Source: Acaryochloris marina MBIC11017 (GTDB lineage: Bacteria; Cyanobacteriota; Cyanobacteriia; Thermosynechococcales; Thermosynechococcaceae). From it: 32,000 nt of DNA. Each line of letters begins with the position of its first letter. Positions within the stretch are counted from its first letter, which is position 1. Where the stretch lies: NCBI RefSeq assembly GCF_000018105.1, contig NC_009925.1:4260001-4292000 (forward strand). The letters are read 5' to 3'. The notes under the pieces are model-generated. The model saw only the letters and a list, made by a program, of their open reading frames with translations. It searched no databases and had not been told where the DNA came from. Position numbers and translations under genes: made by a program. Positions 18,827-25,498 of this stretch are shown piece after piece.

Positions 18827-19207
18827 ATGAAGGTTTTTGACTGGAAAGACTACAACAATTTAGCTGAAAATATATTTGTAGGTTGCAAGAAAGAAGACCC
18901 TTTGTATGAAGCTAAGTTGCGTTGTGTTATTAGTCGAGCATACTACGCTGCATTTTGTTCTACCAAGGATTTTCTGGAAGACCGAAACGGACGATCATTG
19001 GGAACCAGCCACGTATCAGTTATTAATGAAGCGAGGAAACTTGAATGTCCAGAGGGGCACTTTATAAATTGTTATTTAGACAAGCTAAGAAATATAAGGA
19101 GAGCCGTTGATTATGACTTGAATTTTTCCGGTAAAATTGAATCTGAGGCCAGATTCGCCTTGCAGAAGTCGAAAGAAATTATTGGGAAAATCAATAATAT
19201 TCGATGA
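18827..19207 (+). CDS. HEPN domain protein
   Basis: 126 aa, apparently all helical. Helix-1 pattern EAKLRCVISRAYYAAFCSTKDFL and conserved LDKLRNIRRAVDYD (the R...R..a.Y motif of classical PF05168-type HEPN). Note there is no His after the Arg. Confidence 0.65.
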   Translation: MKVFDWKDYNNLAENIFVGCKKEDPLYEAKLRCVISRAYYAAFCSTKDFLEDRNGRSLGTSHVSVINEARKLECPEGHFINCYLDKLRNIRRAVDYDLNFSGKIESEARFALQKSKEIIGKINNIR

Positions 19208-19214
19208 ACCTTAT

Positions 19215-19421
19215 ATGAAGAGGTGCATTTCTAACTACAACGACGACTACATAGCCCCAATCACTGATCGTCTTACCCAAGAACAGAAACTTGAGCTATT
19301 AGACTGGCACCCTCTGTTTACTGGCCGATGCCCTAATTGTGAGATGCTGATGAAAGGGACTTAACCACCAAGAGTTCACTGGGATTGTGATGAATGCGGT
19401 TGGAAGGATGACACTATATAA
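19215..19421 (+). pseudogene. zinc-ribbon ORF interrupted by an in-frame TAA
   Basis: From ATG 19215: MKRCISNYNDDYIAPITDRLTQEQKLELLDWHPLFTGRCPNCEMLMKGT, then TAA at 19362-19364, then in the same frame PPRVHWDCDECGWKDDTI and TAA at 19419-19421. The CPNC and CDEC halves of one zinc ribbon lie on either side of the stop. Confidence 0.5.
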
Positions 19422-19446
19422 ATCCATTAGGTGCAAAAGGTAATTC

Positions 19447-19788
19447 CTATTTGTTGCGGCGCCTTCTTAATCTCTCTTTAGCTTTTTCATAAGCTGGATC
19501 ATGTTCAGCAAAGCTCAATATCTCGACTCTTTTTGGGGCTGGTTTCTCACAGATTCTATAAACTAAACGATACGCATTGGGATCTCCCTCCCACTCAATT
19601 TCTAATGCCCGATAGTTTTGTAACCCACCAGTCAAATTGTGCCAAGGTAGAAAATCACATTTATGAGGATCCTCCTGTAAGACTGGCTTAAAAATCTCTT
19701 CAAAATCAGTTTTCAGATCTTCAGGAAGTATGTGAACATCTTCGCTAGTAACCTTAGGATGAACTTTCAGGTGATACCTTGTAGCCAC
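19447..19788 (-). CDS. RelE/ParE-family toxin-like protein
   Basis: Matches the RelE/ParE pattern: YHLKVHPKVTSEDVHILPEDLKTDFEEIF...LTGGLQNYRALEI...YRLVYRICE...VEILSFAEHDPAYEKA. Starts at GTG 19788, 35 nt inside the upstream ORF. Confidence 0.75.
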   Translation of the reverse strand: MATRYHLKVHPKVTSEDVHILPEDLKTDFEEIFKPVLQEDPHKCDFLPWHNLTGGLQNYRALEIEWEGDPNAYRLVYRICEKPAPKRVEILSFAEHDPAYEKAKERLRRRRNK

Positions 19789-20767
19789 GCGCTTTAATTT
19801 TCTCTCTCACTTCCTGCATATCAAAGCTATAATCTGGCTCTATGATCTCCCATTCAATCTCCTCACCAGATTCTATGGATTCAATTCGCTGTAATGCTTT
19901 GCCCTCAGCAGATTTGGGGCTAATGTAGAGGATGAGATCATCTGTCCTACAAAGAACCCAATCTTTAAGACCTGCTTGATCCTTAAGGCGGTTAGTAGTA
20001 TATAAGATCTCTTCTGCAGATTCTTTTATGTCCCTTACATACTTGAGGAGATTTACTTGATCCAACTTTTTTCTCACAGTTGTATTTTTCAATTCCTCGT
20101 CTTCAATAGCTGCCCTAGCCAAACCCTCAAAAATTGGTAGCACTTCCAACCCATTGCCTATTTCAACAAGTGGTTGGGAGAACTTAGGAAAGATACTTGA
20201 GAACATGACCATTCCATCACGCAAATCCTTTACCTTCCTGACGGGTCTTTTGTTACTTCTAGAGGATTCATAAATCAAGCTCAAACCCAAAAGAGCCTGA
20301 GAAAAGACATCTGATTCAGTACTAAGGCTAAATAAGTAGTCCGAAACATCTTTACTAACAAGGGCGACACAATTTTCATAGAGCTGTTTCAACTCCTTAG
20401 ATGCTTCCTTAAGGTATTTAGACTTTTCTCGAAAAGAGTTTGTCAATACTGAATTTTCAAGTATCTTTCTAATCTTCTCCCACTTAGAAAGATAAATCCT
20501 GTTAATATCTCTACCGAAAACTCTGTCAATATCTTTACCGATTTCAGGATCAGAATAAATACTGGAATACCTACTACGGGAGTTTTTAGCTATTCCGTTT
20601 GTTGAATTTTGTTGATTTACACTACGCTCCAATAATTGACGTTGTGTATCAGTTGCAGCGTCATCGGTGCTAACAGCTGCTGCCATATACTCTGCAGTTT
20701 CTTGTGTGTATGCTACCAGAGAGCTTTTCACTGGAAAAAATCCCTTTACGTACTTCAATTCTCGCAC
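19754..20767 (-). CDS. 337-aa hypothetical protein occupying the antitoxin position upstream of the RelE/ParE-like gene
   Basis: Long ORF with GTG at 20767; the first ATG is 27 codons in. It looks mostly helical, and no family is recognised. Its 3' end overlaps the toxin-like gene. Confidence 0.6.
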   Translation of the reverse strand: MRELKYVKGFFPVKSSLVAYTQETAEYMAAAVSTDDAATDTQRQLLERSVNQQNSTNGIAKNSRSRYSSIYSDPEIGKDIDRVFGRDINRIYLSKWEKIRKILENSVLTNSFREKSKYLKEASKELKQLYENCVALVSKDVSDYLFSLSTESDVFSQALLGLSLIYESSRSNKRPVRKVKDLRDGMVMFSSIFPKFSQPLVEIGNGLEVLPIFEGLARAAIEDEELKNTTVRKKLDQVNLLKYVRDIKESAEEILYTTNRLKDQAGLKDWVLCRTDDLILYISPKSAEGKALQRIESIESGEEIEWEIIEPDYSFDMQEVREKIKARGYKVSPESSS

Positions 20768-20943
20768 AGATACAAAAAGGGTTAACTAGTAAGTAATTTT
20801 GCTCTAATTTCTTAATAAGATATTCAAAATTCGCAAGAGTAAATCATCCAGCTGTGTTTCTCGGTTTTAAGCCGGATTACGCAGTAACCTCAGCTTGTAG
20901 CTCAGCTTCCCACTGATCCAGATATCGGAATCCCGATAGCAGA

Positions 20944-21510
20944 CTAACGACAAGAGTAATCCCCTTTGATGACAGTCGGGTTCGGGGCTGAGTCTCCCAA
21001 GTCTGTTGACTTGCACATACCAGAGACCGCTGACCAAACACCTAAATGGGGAACTCTCATGAACGAGGTGTACCCATGTACCCGCTCATACTTTGGCTTG
21101 GCCCTAAAATAAACAATTAAATCATCGACCTCTGAAGTAATTTCGTAATAGTCCGAATAGGTCCCCCTGGCATCGGGCACGTCAACATTACTCGACATCA
21201 GGTTTTCTAAGTCAGCCACCCGTAAGGCCTCGGCGTGAGCCTTCTCTATCTTCTCTAGGCTGGCATCCTCATCTAAGGTCTCCGCTTGAACGACTCGAAC
21301 CATTCCCACAAGGTGACTCTTGACTGACTTCTCTATACCCTTGCAGCCCTCGTCCTCTATCGTTCGCTCACATAAAGGACCACCAGAACTTAATAAACTC
21401 CCACCTATCCAAAACAACACAAGTAAACCCAAAAAACCAAGGCCTGAATATAAATAAAGTTGCTTGTTCTTCTCAAAGCTGGAACGATTGTCTATTGATG
21501 CCGGTCTCAT
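20944..21510 (-). CDS. membrane-anchored protein with Cys-containing extracytoplasmic domain
   Basis: ATG start. One TM segment, LYLYSGLGFLGLLVLFWIGGSLL, followed by a soluble domain with 4 Cys. Faint resemblance to cyanobacterial pilin-like GspH-type proteins (YYEITSEV...YFRAKP...GYTSFM...MCKS), but no FTLIE prepilin motif. Confidence 0.55.
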   Translation of the reverse strand: MRPASIDNRSSFEKNKQLYLYSGLGFLGLLVLFWIGGSLLSSGGPLCERTIEDEGCKGIEKSVKSHLVGMVRVVQAETLDEDASLEKIEKAHAEALRVADLENLMSSNVDVPDARGTYSDYYEITSEVDDLIVYFRAKPKYERVHGYTSFMRVPHLGVWSAVSGMCKSTDLGDSAPNPTVIKGDYSCR

Positions 21511-21740
21511 TAAAATTTTTCCCTCTTTCTCTCTAGTTTTTATTGATATCAGAGTATATGAATTCGGGCCTAATATCGCTCATGCCTAAGCATATGAAAC
21601 ATTTACGTCTATTTTTTACGGTTTATCCCGAATAAAGCCCTGCCTGTGTAAAGCAACACGACACAAAACAAAGGCCTCACGAGCCACGTCAAGCGGTCTT
21701 GTTACTATCACTCCGCTGACAAATAAAAATAACGTTGTAG

Positions 21741-21971
21741 CGACTGCTATATGTTCCGCTCAAGAAGCCACAACAGGGCGAACTGACTCCCCTAGAGTGA
21801 GAGTATAACCGTGCTCTGAGTCAAGAACGAATGGGCATTGAACACATTAATCGCAGCCTGAAGATTTTCAGAATTTTGTCGGAGCGCTATCGCAGCCGTA
21901 GTCGTCGCTACGCGCTACGGTGTAACTTGATTGCAGCCATCTATAACTACGAGCTATCTTTGGCTGCTTAA
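21741..21971 (+). pseudogene. C-terminal fragment of an IS4/IS5-superfamily (DDE_Tnp_4-like) transposase, frame-disrupted
   Basis: ...PLKKPQQGELTPLE ends at a stop. A frameshift then gives EYNRALSQERMGIEHINRSLKIFRILSERYRSRSRRYALRCNLIAAIYNYELSLAA and a stop at 21969-21971. This is the typical C-terminal tail of cyanobacterial DDE transposases. No N-terminal part is present. Confidence 0.65.
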
Positions 21972-22485
21972 GAGATGGCAAACAGCAATACCACATCGTC
22001 AAATGAATATTGCAAGAGGTCTAATGTAGAATGTGGATTCACCAGACACCAGCTCAACTGGCAGAATGATATCCATGCAGTAGTCTACCGCTTCTAGAAC
22101 ATTCTTCACAGTGGCCTAATGCCCTGCTGTATACACCACTTAGCATCTGCAATCTGCTGTTGTGTCCAGCCTTCTTCTTTCCAAAGCTTGTTGTATTATC
22201 CCCAAATGCCAAGAATAGGGGCTACAGCGTGATACTCGTCATTCTCGCTTTCCTCGTCGGTTAAGCCTGAAATCTACTCGTCGGTTCTGCTAGTTTTGCT
22301 GCTTCAGAATTCCCCATGATCCTTACACTCAGAGGCTTTCACTCCATGTTCACACTGAATTGGCAAGGTGTGACTAGAGGTCGGTTATCACATCCTTAGA
22401 AGTGATAACCTCTCACCCTGGGGAGCCATGTACTTTCCGGGGTTCTTAGATAGAGGCGCGTTCCTACCTTTTCAGAAAAGGTTAT

Positions 22486-22524
22486 CCCCCAGTAGTCATT
22501 CAACCTGCTACTGGGGGTTTATTT
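22486..22524 (+). terminator. intrinsic-terminator-like hairpin (10-bp GC-rich stem plus TTTATTT)
   Basis: cccccagtag (22486-22495), 12-nt loop, ctactggggg (22508-22517), then tttattt. It lies 25 nt beyond the stop of the minus-strand ORF at 22550, but the T-run is on the + strand. Confidence 0.5.
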
Positions 22525-22549
22525 GGCACCACCGAGCCATTGGGATGTC

Positions 22550-22828
22550 TTAGAACTCGTCTTCGTAATCGTTCTCAGCGCGTACCGTCTGATCAGCCTG
22601 CACTGTGTACCAGCAATCCAGAACACCATCAAGACCAAACTCATTGAGAACCCAATTCTCAACCCTTGTCTGTGTTGTGTGCTCTTCAGCAGTAGATTTA
22701 CGGGTAACGAGGATGATCCAGTACTCATCAAGCTCTAGCTCTTCAGAGAAAGGACCACCACTCTTCAGCCGAATGTAAGCCAAGGTATAAGGCGGGCAAA
22801 GTGGCTCTACAGTATGTTGCCAGTCCAT
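22550..22828 (-). CDS. hypothetical acidic protein (possibly the 3' part of a frameshifted gene)
   Basis: ATG at 22828 gives MDWQHTVEPLCPPYTLAYIRLKSGGPF...ENDYEDEF. The frame stays open up to 22843 and overlaps ORF 22743-22928 by about 100 nt. Confidence 0.45.
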   Translation of the reverse strand: MDWQHTVEPLCPPYTLAYIRLKSGGPFSEELELDEYWIILVTRKSTAEEHTTQTRVENWVLNEFGLDGVLDCWYTVQADQTVRAENDYEDEF

Positions 22829-22928
22829 CAGCTTCGGATGCAATTAAACGGATGTCTGGCTGTGTGGCCTGGGCGTTAGTGAGCTGAGTATCGTTGCATG
22901 AAATTTGAACGATATCGATTTGAGACAT
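22743..22928 (-). CDS. hypothetical 61-aa ORF, first gene leftward of the divergent switch (possibly the 5' part of a frameshifted gene)
   Basis: ATG at 22928 is preceded by AGGTGA at appropriate spacing. Product begins MSQIDIVQISCNDTQLTNAQATQPDIRLIASEADG... The downstream ORF is in the +1 frame. Confidence 0.45.
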   Translation of the reverse strand: MSQIDIVQISCNDTQLTNAQATQPDIRLIASEADGLATYCRATLPALYLGLHSAEEWWSFL

Positions 22929-23014
22929 AATAGTTTCACCTCTTACGGGGTAGAGAGCGGTTCTTCTTTGCGGGAGTGGCCGCTCTCTTTTGATTTGTCC
23001 ATGCCTACATTATT

Positions 23015-23114
23015 CCCAGTCACAGGGGGTCATCAACTCTGCTGATTAATAATTACCCCAGTTACAGGGGTAACCTATAAGCTGCATATATCCCCAGTTA
23101 CAAGGGATATATGC
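23015..23114. promoter_or_regulatory. three related palindromic operator-like sites in the divergent intergenic region
   Basis: Site 1: cccagtcacaggg (23015-23027). Site 2: ttacccc-agttaca-ggggtaa (23053-23073). Site 3: gcatatatccc-cagttacaa-gggatatatgc (23084-23114, perfect 11-bp arms). Shared core is CCC(C)AGT(T/C)ACA(A)GGG. Confidence 0.65.
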
Positions 23115-23147
23115 AACAATGGATTCAATGGATTGGGTGATATCGAG

Positions 23148-23378
23148 ATGTCTAGAGGAACCCCTAAAGAGCTGCTGCCCAAAGAATTTATAGCTCAGCA
23201 AATCAAACCTGTAGGGGAGATGCCTGATGAGCCATTAGGTGCGAAACCGCTAGCTGTCCGAGTAGGCAAGAGTGTTTATGATGCCGTGACAGCTTTACCT
23301 AGGGCTGAGCGAATCACTTGGTTACGAAAAACGATTGCCGATGCGGCTCAGCGTGAGTTGATGGGAGGTGAGAAATAA
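23148..23378 (+). CDS. small putative DNA-binding regulator (or recombination directionality factor) next to attR
   Basis: ATG at 23148 (track ORF from TTG 23133). 76 aa. KPLAVRVGKSVYDAVTALPRAERITWLRKTIADAAQREL resembles small regulator proteins of cyanobacterial plasmids and islands. Immediately downstream of the operators. Confidence 0.55.
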   Translation: MSRGTPKELLPKEFIAQQIKPVGEMPDEPLGAKPLAVRVGKSVYDAVTALPRAERITWLRKTIADAAQRELMGGEK

Positions 23379-23407
23379 GAACGAACTTCCGTTGTTTCAG
23401 ATACCTT

Positions 23408-23429
23408 TGGCCGGATAGATTGGCCGGAA
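23408..23429 (+). repeat. two TGGCCGGA(A) copies with a 13-bp period; candidate arm-type sites on the attR side
   Basis: tggccggatagattggccggaa. Same core, orientation and period as 7665-7690. Ends 57 nt before the attR core. Confidence 0.55.
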
Positions 23430-23486
23430 AGGTTTTTCAAAAAGCTTACAAGACCTATCAAATATAGATTTCAGCCATAGGTGAAT

Positions 23487-23535
23487 CTTCGTTTACACCG
23501 AAGATGTCGGCGGTTCGAGCCCGTCATCGCCCATT
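23487..23535 (+). repeat. attR core: duplicated 3' part of tRNA-Val
   Basis: Exact 49-bp copy of 7504-7552. It lacks the 5' half of the tRNA, so it is not a functional tRNA. Confidence 0.9.
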
Positions 23536-24457
23536 TAATGTAAGGCTTAAACCTTCTAAGAGTTCTATTTAGTTTCTAGCGGGGCTGTTGAGCATAAATC
23601 TCATTGAAGTTGTCTTCGCTGGGGATTAAACAATGTTGTGGCTAGCGTACCAGTGACCCCCAAGAGCTAGAAATAGCACCTCAGGTTGTCTGAAATATCA
23701 ATGTTGGTGATTGTTTGTGTGCAGACAAAGCATACATATTAGGGAAAATGCCAACAAAATTGCCCTGATGTTTGTGGTTCCTCTTGGTTCAGAACAAGCA
23801 CTGAACTCAAATATCCTAGAGACGATAGTTTTTCTGCATTTTAAGTAAAAAACCTCATAAATCAACATCATCAAAATTCAGAGAGTTTGATCGAACAGAA
23901 AAATTCAAACCTGTGAGCAATATTTTAACGACCTAACTTGGTGTTGCAGGCGTTAACTATCATGATTGGAATTTTGAAATATTGAGGGATGTAAATTTTC
24001 GATGCTTAGAATAAAAATTTGATATATCGGATCTTATTTAAGTTGGCTGATATAAAAGATGTAATTAAACTTTTAGACTTCATATTTATATTTTGTTGCC
24101 TAGCGCTTAATTCTGAATAGATGGAAATATCTCTAAAGAAATAATTGGGGATAAAAGGAACTGTAAAACAAATGCTTTTATTATGGAATAATTTATGCCA
24201 TGAAGTTATACAAAAAAAGCTATAAGTTATACCAATCAGTGTTGTTCTTGAACATTATCTCAGACAGGGTGTTGCCATACTGATTCACAGAAGAAAGTTT
24301 AGCTACTTTTGATTGTGAGATTGGTGGCTGAAAGCTATATGCTCTAAAGTCATCAGCATATATGACCATGGATTGATTAAGCTATATAAGAAAAGAGGTC
24401 TAGATGTGTTTGTAGGTAATTGATTTCTAAAGAAATAATTAATTGTCTCGAATCTCT

Positions 24458-24499
24458 CCTTTACAATTAATTCCATGCGGATAGAATTAATTGTAAAGG
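24458..24499. repeat. perfect 16-bp inverted repeat with a 10-nt spacer in an AT-rich gene desert
   Basis: cctttacaattaattc (24458-24473), catgcggata, gaattaattgtaaagg (24484-24499). Confidence 0.7.
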
Positions 24500-25498
24500 T
24501 CTTTACCTAAGCTATTAGTTTATGATTCCATCCGCTTTTACTTTGAGTTTATAAATGAGCAGATCTGCTAGAAATTTTTCTTTCTTTTTCTGAGGAATAT
24601 CTATAGAATCATAAGTAATAAGGTACTATATGGCTGGCAATTATCATTCAACTCTTCAAAGCAATAATCGTTTCCAAAAATGTTCACGAAGTAACAGTAA
24701 TCTAAATGTGATTAGGTGCTCAGGCATAGAGATAGTCTTCATCCAACAGTCTATGTCAGCGCTTCAATCTCAATCTTTGATGCCTAGCCTTCCTGGGCGG
24801 TACTCAGCCTATACATAGATATTACGCCAAGAGCTAACCGTGCCGAGGGGCTTAGATATTGAACATAGTGCCTGCGGCTATCACCTAGTTGAGTACAAAG
24901 CTTCAATGCTCCTGTTAGATCAAAGACTGCATTTTTAAGCGGCTCATATTGCCATCAAGATAGTTGGGGCTGCCCTCAACATGGGTTGGAGCAATGTAAG
25001 TCCAACTCTTAAATGCCCAGATCTCTGATCAAAGGTGACATCACTATTCCTTGTAATGATGCAAGTTTTCAGCTGTCGGTTGCTTGCACAATCTTTCTGA
25101 AATTTCTTTGGTGTTAGTAGACTTCCTTTGACACTTCAAGTTCTTAGATTTAGCATCAGCAATCTTATTCTCCATTGATGTAAAAACTATTTCAGCAGTG
25201 GTTAATGAAATGAAGAATAGAAAGATGCATATAGACAATATCCTAGCTAGAGCTATATGGAGTGCCAAAAGAATAATATTCTCAAGAAAAATATTTTGTG
25301 ATTAGGGAATTTAAATGTCAACTCAAAATCTATTGATCTAGTCAGTAGATGCAAATAGATAATCTTCCTCGCTATATCAGTATCCTGAATTACTTCACAG
25401 GTGTATCAACTATATGATAAAACCTCTAAGGATATACGGATTTAAAGGGGGAGCTTATGTCTCTAAAACTTGTAAGTTACTGATCCTTAGGAGGATAT

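Noticed and set aside
7553-23486. Interpretation of the island as a complete or merely truncated prophage
   Set aside because: No ORF shows portal, capsid, tail, holin or endolysin hallmarks, and 16 kb is too small for a tailed cyanophage. The backbone genes are intact and tightly packed, which argues against random decay. This still needs profile and structure searches to confirm.
23664-23678. 15-nt identity (gagctagaaatagca) to the engineered Cas9 single-guide RNA scaffold
   Set aside because: That part of the scaffold includes an artificial GAAA loop. Here there is no flanking repeat or anti-repeat context, no cas genes and no array. It is a chance match in AT-rich DNA.
25044-25268. 74-aa minus-strand ORF with a hydrophobic N-terminus in the gene desert, and the 62-aa ORF at 24630-24818
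   Set aside because: The 74-aa ORF starts only at TTG with no ribosome-binding site. Both are low-complexity AT-rich sequence with no neighbouring genes. Evidence is too thin to report them as genes.
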